Assembly: GCF_000698785.1 (NCBI RefSeq)
Contig: NZ_CP007536.1
Span: forward strand, 1,530,001-1,562,000
DNA length: 32,000 bases
Direction of reading: 5' to 3'
Source: Nitrososphaera viennensis EN76
GTDB taxonomy: Archaea; Thermoproteota; Nitrososphaeria; Nitrososphaerales; Nitrososphaeraceae
Positions 16,812 to 24,521 of the stretch are shown in pieces (the stretch's first letter is position 1; each line of letters starts with the position of its first letter). The position numbers were made by a program, and so were the translations under genes. The notes beneath the pieces were generated by a model. The model made no database searches and was not told the origin of the DNA. It saw nothing but the letters and a program-made list of their open reading frames with translations.

Positions 16812-17779
16812 GCGGCATGGGGCTTGATAGTAATAACAGGAGCAGCATGGATCTCAAAGATGATAGCACGCTTGCATTCCTGGCGTCTTTTGCAAAAAAG
16901 CACAGGGAGGACATCCAGCCACAGTTTAGGCACGGCGTCGGCATAATCTATGAGATAGAGAACGCGGACCTTTCCTTTGAAAGGATAAGGAATTATGAGC
17001 AGGAAAAATTGCTATCGGTGACAGGTTCCAGGTCCTACTCTGCATGCCCCAGATGCAAGAGCCTGCTTCTATCACTCAGGCTCTCCTGCCCCGACTGCAA
17101 GAAACTCTCCCTTGCAAGATCAGAGATAATGATACACTATGGCTGCGAATACTCCGGGCCGGTGGAAGAGTTTGTCTCTCAAAAGGACAGCGAGTACGTG
17201 TGCCCCAAGTGCTCAAAGCAGATGAAGCGGGTGGGAATCGAATACGGCAGGCCGGGCATAGGATTCAAGTGCCAGGACTGCGGAAGGGTTTTTCAGTACC
17301 CTCTTGTGAACGCAGTCTGTCATAACGGCCACGAGCTAAAGGTCGATGAAATCGACCTCCAGCATTTTCCCGTGTACAGGATCAATGACGAAATACGGAA
17401 CTTTGCAGAAGTGGCCGAGTATTTTGCCTCGATTCAACAGGCACTGGCAGGCAAAGGCCTCGAGGCCCAGGTCCTCTGCAAGATAAGGGGAGGAAGTGGC
17501 GTCATCCACATTATACCACTTGTAGTGAGGGCAGGAAAGACGCAGGTTATTGTGGATTTTATCCTGGATGAATCAGGATTTGACGCCAAGATCCTGCAAA
17601 AGATACTGAGGGGGGCAGATCTCAGCAAATACGTCATGCTCTTGTTCGTGCCGGAAGGCCTGGTCGGCAGACTTGCACCGATCGTCAACCCGGAGAAGAT
17701 AAAACTCGTGCCTCTTTCCGGCAACAAGAAGAAGGATCCGGCTGCTGTCGCGGAAGAGGTAATCAAAGCTGCAGGCTAG
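16808..17779 (+). CDS. double zinc-ribbon protein with a C-terminal alpha/beta domain; function unknown
   Basis: 323 aa with two Cys4 ribbons (CPRC...CPDC and CPKC...CQDC). The C-terminal domain is GSGVIHIIPLVVRAGKTQVIVDFILDE...YVMLLFVPEGL. The gene is translationally coupled to the upstream ORF and ends 25 nt before the GT2 start. Confidence 0.6.
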   Translation: MSGMGLDSNNRSSMDLKDDSTLAFLASFAKKHREDIQPQFRHGVGIIYEIENADLSFERIRNYEQEKLLSVTGSRSYSACPRCKSLLLSLRLSCPDCKKLSLARSEIMIHYGCEYSGPVEEFVSQKDSEYVCPKCSKQMKRVGIEYGRPGIGFKCQDCGRVFQYPLVNAVCHNGHELKVDEIDLQHFPVYRINDEIRNFAEVAEYFASIQQALAGKGLEAQVLCKIRGGSGVIHIIPLVVRAGKTQVIVDFILDESGFDAKILQKILRGADLSKYVMLLFVPEGLVGRLAPIVNPEKIKLVPLSGNKKKDPAAVAEEVIKAAG

Positions 17780-17804
17780 GCGCGTCGCCGTCTTTGTTGC
17801 ATGC

Positions 17805-19103
17805 ATGTCGGCGCTTGCGGCCTTTGCTGCACTGATGCCATCGGCGTTTCTGTTTTCACTGGCTGCGGGAATTACCGCCATCTACACGGCGTGGGGCGTC
17901 TACCACCTCATAGTCACAATATCGGGCATAAAGCCTCCACTGAGCCCCGACACGAGGCTTGAGGTCTACCCCAGAATCTCTGCAATAATTCCGGCCAGAA
18001 ACGAGCCGATACTCGGAAGGACGATTGAGGCCTGCCTTTACCACGTTGACTACCCTCAGGACAAAAAGGAGATAATTGTAGTCGTCGACGACGAGGGAGG
18101 CGAGCGCATTGCGTTCTGGTACCAGCAAAAGCACCCGGAGACAGTCAAGGTGCTGGCGCGGCGCCAGTTTTTTCCTACAAAGCCATCTGCGCTAAACGAT
18201 GCCATGCTGCTTTGCACCGGGGACATCGTGGTGATAATGGACGTGGAGGATATTCCTGACAGGGACGTCTTCAAAAAGGCAGCCGCAGCCATACAGGGAG
18301 GCAAGCAAGCGGTGCAGGTCATGCTGCGCATTGGCAACACCGAGGACTCGTGGATATCCAGGATATTTGCAATGGAGTACGCAGGGTGGTTCCGCATTAT
18401 GCTCAACGGCAGATCGAACCTGAAAATGTTTGCACCGCTTGGCGGCACGGGTAACTACTTTAGCAGGGCCGCCCTGCGTTACGTGGGCGGGTATGAGCCG
18501 ACTAACCTGGCAGAGGATGCCGAACTTGCAATACGGCTCAGGATTGCCAGGTGGAATGTCTCGACGCTTGACGCCCGGCACTGGGAAGAGGCGCCGGTCA
18601 AGTTTGACGCATGGCTCAAGCAGAGAACCCGGTGGTTCCGCGGATGGATGCAGAGCTTCTGGAAATACGCTGGCATATTGTTGCTCCAGCCAACCGTTGC
18701 AAGAAGGATAGGTTTTCTGGGAATATTTTCAACGCTTGTGATGCTGGTCAGCCCACTGATAGTGGTGCTCAACTGGATCGCATACGCAATCACCGTGCTA
18801 TGGCTGCTGGAAGGGGCAGGATTGGTTCCGCAGTTTATTACCGCCGATACGGTTCCTTTCTGGACAATAATACCGCTTGGATTCAACGGCCTTTACTACT
18901 ACATCTGGATAAAGGGGGCCAGGCTGGAAGGCATAGAGGTAAAGACCTTGAAGTATCTGCCGCACATGTTCTTTTACATGAATGTCATGATGCCCATCGC
19001 ATCTTTGCGGGCTTTTTATCAGGAGCTTTTCAAGTCAGTCTTTTGGGAAAAGACCACGCACCACGGAAGAGGAGTAAGGTCGACTGCGGTGGAGAAACAT
19101 TGA
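17805..19103 (+). CDS. processive family-2 glycosyltransferase (membrane beta-glycan synthase; BcsA/PgaC/IcaA/NodC-like)
   Basis: GT2 synthase motifs occur in order: ISAIIPARNEP, IIVVVDDEGG, VVIMDVEDIPD, GGTGNYFSRAAL, LAEDAELAIRL, QRTRWFRGW (Q-x-x-RW). Two N-terminal and at least four C-terminal hydrophobic helices are present. Confidence 0.85.
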   Translation: MSALAAFAALMPSAFLFSLAAGITAIYTAWGVYHLIVTISGIKPPLSPDTRLEVYPRISAIIPARNEPILGRTIEACLYHVDYPQDKKEIIVVVDDEGGERIAFWYQQKHPETVKVLARRQFFPTKPSALNDAMLLCTGDIVVIMDVEDIPDRDVFKKAAAAIQGGKQAVQVMLRIGNTEDSWISRIFAMEYAGWFRIMLNGRSNLKMFAPLGGTGNYFSRAALRYVGGYEPTNLAEDAELAIRLRIARWNVSTLDARHWEEAPVKFDAWLKQRTRWFRGWMQSFWKYAGILLLQPTVARRIGFLGIFSTLVMLVSPLIVVLNWIAYAITVLWLLEGAGLVPQFITADTVPFWTIIPLGFNGLYYYIWIKGARLEGIEVKTLKYLPHMFFYMNVMMPIASLRAFYQELFKSVFWEKTTHHGRGVRSTAVEKH

Positions 19104-19229
19104 GAGAGAGGAGCAAAAAAAGGCAGCAGCAATTCACCGGGCGCTTTGAAAGATTGGCGGACAGGTTTTTATCAGATTAGCTTCAATTACAACGTACATG
19201 CACACACACTCAACAAGAGGAGGGGCCAT

Positions 19230-19427
19230 ATGCAAGACATGAATGAGGTTCTTTTCACATTCGTACTGCCGTCATACTCACTAGCAACCATAGTCGTGAT
19301 TTACACTCTGATAGGCCTCTTCATTTCTGCCATGTCTGCGCTTGCCCTATACAGGATGATTATTGGCAAATCCAAATCTTTGACAACGCAAGACGACGAA
19401 TTTGGCCATCCTTTCAAAAGGGAATAG
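19230..19427 (+). CDS. mini membrane protein (65 aa) downstream of the GT2 synthase
   Basis: ATG at 19230 is preceded by GAGGAGGGG. A hydrophobic stretch of about 38 aa (VLFTFVLPSYSLATIVVIYTLIGLFISAMSALALYRMII) is followed by a charged tail. Confidence 0.45.
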   Translation: MQDMNEVLFTFVLPSYSLATIVVIYTLIGLFISAMSALALYRMIIGKSKSLTTQDDEFGHPFKRE

Positions 19428-19564
19428 CACAATTATGAAATTTTATTCTAGGGAATTTCTACTATATAACATATTTACAGAATAGACGACAAAATAATAA
19501 TGGCCTTCGAGGGGTTTTGGGAAGGCAAATAAAACACGAGAACAAAGAGAGCATAGCAAATATC

Positions 19565-19933
19565 ATGAGTTACAACAAGCTGACTCCTGAAGAAGAAAGA
19601 GTAATAGTACACAAGGCAACAGAACCTCCTTTCTCTGGAGAATATGACAATTTTTACGAACAGGGCACATATGTATGCCGACGATGTAATCAGCCTCTTT
19701 TTTCATCCAAGAGCAAGTTTGATGCAGGGTGCGGATGGCCCGCCTTTGATGACAGTTTTCCTAACGCCATAAAACGTCTGCCAGATCCGGACGGAATAAG
19801 AACGGAGATAGAGTGCGCAAGATGCGGCGCTCACCTGGGGCATGAATTTATTGGAGAAAACCTGACGGCCAAGAACACCAGAGAATGTGTCAATTCGTTG
19901 TCCATACGTTTTATCCCTGCTGCCAGGACATGA
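19565..19933 (+). CDS. msrB: peptide-methionine (R)-S-oxide reductase
   Basis: Zn-binding CRRC and CARC pairs are present, with GCGWPAF, GHEF and the catalytic RECVNS motif. I chose the ATG at 19565 (MSYNKLTPEEE). Confidence 0.9.
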   Translation: MSYNKLTPEEERVIVHKATEPPFSGEYDNFYEQGTYVCRRCNQPLFSSKSKFDAGCGWPAFDDSFPNAIKRLPDPDGIRTEIECARCGAHLGHEFIGENLTAKNTRECVNSLSIRFIPAART

Positions 19934-20475
19934 AGACCGAGATTGCTACGCTTGCCAATGGCTGCTTCTGGTGTTCTGAAGCAATATTCAGCCGGCTTAA
20001 AGGCGTCAAATCTGTCCTACCCGGCTATTCAGGAGGAAAGGTTGAAAATCCATCGTACGATGATGTATGCACAGGAAGGACAGGCCATGCAGAAGCCGCT
20101 CAGATAGAATTTGATCCAGTGGTTATTTCTTTTGAAAAACTGCTTGACGTTTTCTGGCATACCCACGATCCAACCACCCTGAACAGACAAGGCAACGACG
20201 TAGGCACACAATACAGGTCAGCAATATTTTACCACGATGATAAACAAAGAGAGATTGCAGAAAATTCAAAAAGAGAGCTTGAGGCCAGAGGCATCTACAA
20301 AGACCCCATCGTGACAGAGATCGTGCCTTTTAAGAAATTTTACGCCGCGGAAGATTACCACAAGAAATACTATGAACAGCATCAGAACGCTCCGTACTGC
20401 AGGTTTGTCATCGAGCCCAAGGTCCGTAAGCTGCTCAAGCAATATGGAAAGGACGTAAGGAACGAGTTTAGTTAA
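19930..20475 (+). CDS. msrA: peptide-methionine (S)-S-oxide reductase
   Basis: The GCFWC active site, GYSGG, HAEAAQIEFDP and QGNDVGTQYRSAIFY motifs are present. The ATG at 19930 overlaps the msrB stop as ATGA. Confidence 0.9.
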   Translation: MKTEIATLANGCFWCSEAIFSRLKGVKSVLPGYSGGKVENPSYDDVCTGRTGHAEAAQIEFDPVVISFEKLLDVFWHTHDPTTLNRQGNDVGTQYRSAIFYHDDKQREIAENSKRELEARGIYKDPIVTEIVPFKKFYAAEDYHKKYYEQHQNAPYCRFVIEPKVRKLLKQYGKDVRNEFS

Positions 20476-20534
20476 TTGTCGAGGTCCTGTATCATTATTA
20501 TCGTCGGATTGCATTTTGTCTCGTTATCGAATCG

Positions 20535-20690
20535 GCCGGTGCGAATGATACAGTACCAATTCCTTGTTCCCACAGATAGTTGCCGAAGGCAGTAACATCT
20601 ATGTCGCATGGGAAGAGCATATGCCAGTAACAACAGCGACGTGGATAGAAATTCCGAGATCTATTTCAAAAGAATGGTCAGATGAGGTAT
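20535..20690 (+). pseudogene. 3' fragment of a paralogue of the Asp-box propeller gene
   Basis: Roughly 80% nucleotide identity by eye to 10170-10300 (ttcccacagatag..gaagg.a..aac.tctatgtcgcatgggaagag...gagatctatttcaaaag). A 2-nt insertion breaks the frame and there is an extra insert of about 11 nt. Nothing upstream of about 20535 is retained. Confidence 0.65.
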
Positions 20691-20792
20691 AGAGTATCAG
20701 CCGTTACTGTTTTTGCATGTCAATTCAATTCAGGTGCGTTTCATATACGCCAACCAATCTTGAAAAAGAAAGACCGCATAGAAATTAAAGGT

Positions 20793-20824
20793 GGAGAGAG
20801 CATTTTTCTTAGAACGCTCTCTTC
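20793..20824 (-). terminator. hairpin directly after the stop of the small amber-containing gene
   Basis: GGAGAGAGC (20793-20801) pairs with GCTCTCTTC (20816-20824), with one G-U pair and a 14-nt loop. On the minus strand the hairpin is followed by TTTAATTTC. Confidence 0.3.
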
Positions 20825-20992
20825 TCATTTTATCTTGAGGAGCTCTTTTAGCATCTTTGCATGCTTTTCTTCGTCCACTTTAATCTCCTTGAAGACCTTG
20901 ACGCACTCCTAGTTTCCGTCTTTCTCTGCATCTTTTATGTAGCCGTCAAGATGCCAAAGAAATTCCAGCTTTTTCTCAAGCTGTTTTGCCAT
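20825..20992 (-). pseudogene. small two-helix protein gene interrupted by an in-frame TAG (codon 28)
   Basis: The minus-strand translation is MAKQLEKKLEFLWHLDGYIKDAEKDGN*ECVKVFKEIKVDEEKHAKMLKELLKIK. Both halves are in the same frame and read as one coherent helical hairpin. The TAG lies at 20909-20911. The gene is below the 60-aa ORF-track cutoff. Confidence 0.45.
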
Positions 20993-21154
20993 GTTATATT
21001 GGCAGTCCGTTAGGACTTGCGTTGACCTCTGCATTCTCAAAGACCACCTAACAAGGATATACAACATCGTCGTTATCAAGATGAGCGATCGAAAAAAGAT
21101 GCAGCAGTGGTAATAACAGTAGCATCACGGACTCATTCTCTCGCTCCACATCAA

Positions 21155-21778
21155 TCACGGTAGCAGTAGCAGGGGTTCCTTGGTCCTTATGTGGTAGATT
21201 AGCTCCCTAATCTGCTGCAAACTCTTTTCCAAATATGGCATTACTTCGACATTCACGATAGTCTGTTCGAACATATTATCACCTTCAGAATCGCGTTGAA
21301 CCTTCATGAAGCGCAACTCCGAATGTTCGCCAGAAAACCCTTTCACCGTCGTGGTTTTCTTGAGAAATGTTGTATGCACCGATTGGTTTCTCAATTCGTC
21401 CAGAAGCGCATACCATTTGCCATGTTGCCTAGCCTCATCCAATTCGCCAAGCAAATCTATCTTCTTTGTCTTGGCACTGAGCGCGCTCTGCACGTTAGCA
21501 AAGGATACATCGTAAGGACGGATGCCCAATTCCAATTTGTTGTTTATCTCAAACAACAAAGAGTCCACGGCTCCCATAAGATGTGACAAGAAACAATCTA
21601 TCTCCATCTCGACTTCAATCCTAGCATTGTCCTTAGCAATATCGTCTCCGATCTCCTTGAGCCTGTTAAGATGCTGCTCGGCCGCGTATAGTCTGAATTC
21701 TACTCGGTCGTGCAGCAATTTCAAAGAAGTACTGTCATACTTGCCGCCACCATCATCATTTGGGAGCATATGTTGCAT
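21155..21778 (-). CDS. hypothetical helical protein with a HEPN-like RNxxxH motif
   Basis: 207 aa, predicted all-helical. The motif WYALLDELRNQSVHTTF fits the HEPN Rx4-6H signature, with the typical Asn after Arg. The gene sits in a mobile-element remnant zone. Confidence 0.5.
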   Translation of the reverse strand: MQHMLPNDDGGGKYDSTSLKLLHDRVEFRLYAAEQHLNRLKEIGDDIAKDNARIEVEMEIDCFLSHLMGAVDSLLFEINNKLELGIRPYDVSFANVQSALSAKTKKIDLLGELDEARQHGKWYALLDELRNQSVHTTFLKKTTTVKGFSGEHSELRFMKVQRDSEGDNMFEQTIVNVEVMPYLEKSLQQIRELIYHIRTKEPLLLLP

Positions 21779-21957
21779 CGATCAGCATGAATCTATTAAA
21801 ATAATCTACCTGTATCTACGTGTTTTGTATTAATAATCATAGACTGGCCTCTGCAGAACTGCTGCCATGATCTGCTGCAACATCATATTTTGAAGAGGAA
21901 GAAGAGACGCCAGAGCTACCTTTGGGTTTACTATCGCTAGTGATTTAAGAGTGAAAA

Positions 21958-22005
21958 TGGTGCGAAGTGCGGGATTTGAACCCGCGATCCCGAGCTCGGC
22001 AAGTC
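21958..22005 (-). tRNA. 3' fragment of a type-II tRNA (probably Leu) with encoded CCA; no 5' half
   Basis: The minus strand reads GACTTGCCGAGCTCGGGATC-GCGGGTTCAAATCCCGC-ACTTCGC-A-CCA. That gives a variable-arm hairpin, a perfect T arm and a 3' acceptor strand. No GCGAAGT-like 5' acceptor strand or D arm lies upstream, where the sequence runs into tRNA-Gly on the other strand. Confidence 0.6.
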
Positions 22006-22055
22006 TTTTACTCAAAGATTTTAATATCGAAGCTAACGCGGTTGTTTACAACAGA

Positions 22056-22127
22056 GCGGTCATGGTCTAGTGGTTATGACTCGGGCTTCCCAAGCCCGAT
22101 ACCCGGGTTCGAATCCCGGTGACCGCA
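22056..22127 (+). tRNA. tRNA-Gly (anticodon CCC)
   Basis: A 72-nt cloverleaf folds by hand. Acceptor GCGGTCA pairs with TGACCGC plus discriminator A. The D arm is GTCT-AGTGGTTA-TGAC, the anticodon arm CGGGC-TTCCCAA-GCCCG and the T arm CCGGG-TTCGAAT-CCCGG. CCA is not encoded. Confidence 0.9.
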
Positions 22128-22137
22128 TTTCTCCATA

Positions 22138-23026
22138 CTATTCCTTAACCAGGCTGGGGTGAACCACCTCCATACGAGGCTTCTCGCTTCCTTGGCTGAA
22201 CTTGCTTATCCGTCTAACAAGTAGCGGTTCTGCCTCTGCGCGGGCTCGTTCCAAGCCCAATTTCAGTATGTTCAAAGCTGCATTATGGTCTCTGTCCATC
22301 GTTAGACCGCAGCTTGGACATTTATGCACGCGTACAGACAGGTCTTTTTCCACCACAACCCAACATCCGGAGCATTTTTGCGACGTACCATTTGGGGTGA
22401 CAATTATTGTCCGTCCTCCGCGTCTTTCTACCTTGTAGGCAGTATATTCGCGCAGCTTTCCCCAAGTGGCATCCATTATTGTTGATGCCAGACTATGGTT
22501 TTTGACCATGTTATCGATTGTCAGCTTTTCAAATACAACAGTATCGTAATTGGCTGCAAGTTTGGCAGAAGGCATACCACTGGTCCACGTCACGAATGAC
22601 TGTACATGTTTTCAATACGCCGACAGGTATTTGGTGCATCCTAATTCTGATAGCGCCGATAAACGAAAGTACTAGCCTGTTACTCTTGAATTGAAAGCCG
22701 CCATATTGTGGATACGTGAAAGAATTGTATTTCCTTCGTTTCTTGAATCTTGGAAATTTGGCAAGCTTGTTGAAGAAGGCTTGGTACGCCTTATCTAATC
22801 TCAACAGAACATCCTGCAATACTTGGCTATGCACCTGTTTGTAGTATTTGTTGTCCTCCCTTCTCAGGGTCAATAGTTGCTTTTGAACCCAATAATCTAC
22901 ATCCCAATCTATACTTCTCTCGCCAAGCGAATCATTGTAGAGATGTCTGCAAGTTTCAACAGTATCGTTCAGGACTTTGGTTTGCTCTTCTGACGGATAA
23001 ATGCGAAATTTGTATGATCGGATTAT
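22138..23026 (-). pseudogene. tnpB: IS200/IS605-family tnpB (OrfB) remnant with no start codon, an internal deletion and a frameshift
   Basis: The N-terminal part (IIRSYKFRIYPSEEQTKVLNDTVETCRHLYN...KQVHSQVLQDVLLRLDKAYQAFFNKLAKFPRFKKRRKYNSFTYPQ) has no ATG. The C-terminal part is in another frame (AKLAANYDTVVFEKLTIDNM, CSGC...CPSC zinc finger, DRDHNAALNI). About 110-130 aa between them are missing, including the first RuvC Asp segment. Confidence 0.8.
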
Positions 23027-23120
23027 TTTTGGTTCTTGATTTATTTCATCGTAATGTTCGATATAAATTTTTAAAATTGAAGATCCGCTGGGCTAACTTC
23101 GCACTACTGCCGTACGAAGT
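22138..23120 (-). mobile_element. decayed IS200/IS605-type (tnpB-only) element
   Basis: The feature comprises the tnpB remnant plus a possible subterminal hairpin, ACTTCG(13 nt)CGAAGT, at 23096-23120 on the tnpB 5' side. The 3' side has only 10 nt before tRNA-Gly, so the usual right-end/omega-RNA region is absent. Confidence 0.5.
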
Positions 23121-23508
23121 GGAATTTTGAAGCTGAAGATAAAAGCCTTTGCCATTAATGGTCATGGTTGCAATGTATTACAGAGAGATCTCTTCAAGCC
23201 AGAAGGAGTAAACAACTTCTCTACCGATGCAAAGTCAGAAAAAGAGGAGAGAAAAAGAAGGGAAGGCAGCCGCGCCGCATTTTTTGCTGTCTTGTCTATG
23301 CATCAAGTGATGTTTGGAAACACCATCACGTGAATATCTTGTGCATCACAGGCAGAAGCGCCAGCGTCCAACTTTACCTTAACTATGGTTCCAGATTTCC
23401 ATCTGCCTTGTGGGAAGCTGCTACCAGATTGTGACTGCATTGTCGTCGGCATCATCATCGGCGACAGATATGCTATCTTCTTCTGATTCGATTCACTCTC
23501 ATACTATC

Positions 23509-24258
23509 TCATGTGAGGCTGAGCTCAGCCTCCACATTGGAGCCTGTTGACGTGAATCTTTGGTTCACCGTATCATATTTTATTGACAGGCTGTTACTTT
23601 GGCTATCTAAGGGTATAGTGCTGCTGTTGGCGTTTATCTTGTCCTTGGCGAACAAGGATGCAGTGAATTTACCTTTATCATCATCCTGGTCTGTGAAATC
23701 TGCATTGACGGTCAGTTTTGCTCCCTTGACATCGAAGGTGATGTTGCTAAGATCCATTGTTGCAGCAGTGTTGCCATTCCTATCGCGGATTTCTGCGCTT
23801 CCAGTGACTGAATCGGTTTGTAATCTAAGAATAGTGCCCTTCTTGGTGTCAATGTCTACTGTGGCTTCTATTGTTGCCGTTGCAAGTGCGTTGGAACCAC
23901 TTACCTTCCCCGTAGCAGATATATCGAGTGTAAGTTGTTTGGTAGCGCCGACGTCTCCGCGGATAAGGCACTGAAAGCCCGGAGGACACTGTGCATTACC
24001 GTTGTTACCGCCACCACCAGTATTATTGCCATTGTTCGCTCCTGCCTCGTTGCCGCCAAGATTGCCCACCGCATCTTTGGAAATCAGAGCTTGCTGCGGT
24101 TGGAATGTAGGTTCTGCGGCCGCTGCTGCGGGTCTTATCAAGCTGCTACTTATCGACGGTGCCAGAACCAAGCTCAGCGCAGCAACTAGCAAAAAGAACA
24201 TTGCCGCGTGTCTTGGACCACCGCCACTACTAACGGATTTTTTGTTAAAAAAAGACAT
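23509..24258 (-). CDS. secreted/anchored beta-rich protein of unknown function
   Basis: 249 aa. The N-terminus (RHAAMFFLLVAALSLVLAPSISS) is followed by a Gly/Asn-rich linker and then a beta-rich body. Confidence 0.5.
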   Translation of the reverse strand: MSFFNKKSVSSGGGPRHAAMFFLLVAALSLVLAPSISSSLIRPAAAAAEPTFQPQQALISKDAVGNLGGNEAGANNGNNTGGGGNNGNAQCPPGFQCLIRGDVGATKQLTLDISATGKVSGSNALATATIEATVDIDTKKGTILRLQTDSVTGSAEIRDRNGNTAATMDLSNITFDVKGAKLTVNADFTDQDDDKGKFTASLFAKDKINANSSTIPLDSQSNSLSIKYDTVNQRFTSTGSNVEAELSLT

Positions 24259-24521
24259 GCCATCATAACAAGCTTTATGTAAATAAAAAATCTGACGCCA
24301 CCTTCTACTCTAGTAATTATTTGATATAATTTCTGCTAATTGCATTATCTTATAATTGCAGTAGCGATTTTGATAGAATGTTTACTTCCTTTATGCATTT
24401 GATATTCTGATGGCACAGGCCTGCTTCGTTTGTGGCCCTTCCTACATCATTATACCATCGTTATGCTGCTGCCCGCGTCCATTTTGGACTTTAGCCACTT
24501 GTTGAAGCATTTGTTTTGTCA

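Noticed and set aside
21830-22015. A 61-aa ORF on the minus strand.
   Set aside because: It runs through the tRNA 3' fragment (the peptide AGSNPALR is a translated T arm), so it is spurious.
21958-22127. A split or permuted tRNA, with the 5' half encoded elsewhere, as an explanation for the tRNA 3' fragment.
   Set aside because: No leader or complementary splicing motif is visible, and the fragment already carries CCA. An integration scar in a mobile-element zone is more parsimonious. Only a genome-wide search could fully exclude the split-tRNA idea.
23096-23104. The 9-nt match ACTTCGCAC between the region beyond the tnpB 5' end and the acceptor end of the tRNA fragment, as possible att/target duplication.
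   Set aside because: A 9-mer match is expected by chance at a frequency of about 0.2 in 64 kb of two-strand sequence. The two copies are also in inverted rather than direct orientation.
23303-23458. A 51-aa minus-strand ORF (MMMPTTMQSQSG...GTIVKVKLDAGASACDAQDIHVMVFPNIT) between the tnpB remnant and the secreted protein gene.
   Set aside because: It has no recognisable motif, no ribosome-binding or promoter signal that I can point to, and no supporting structure. The evidence is insufficient to call it.
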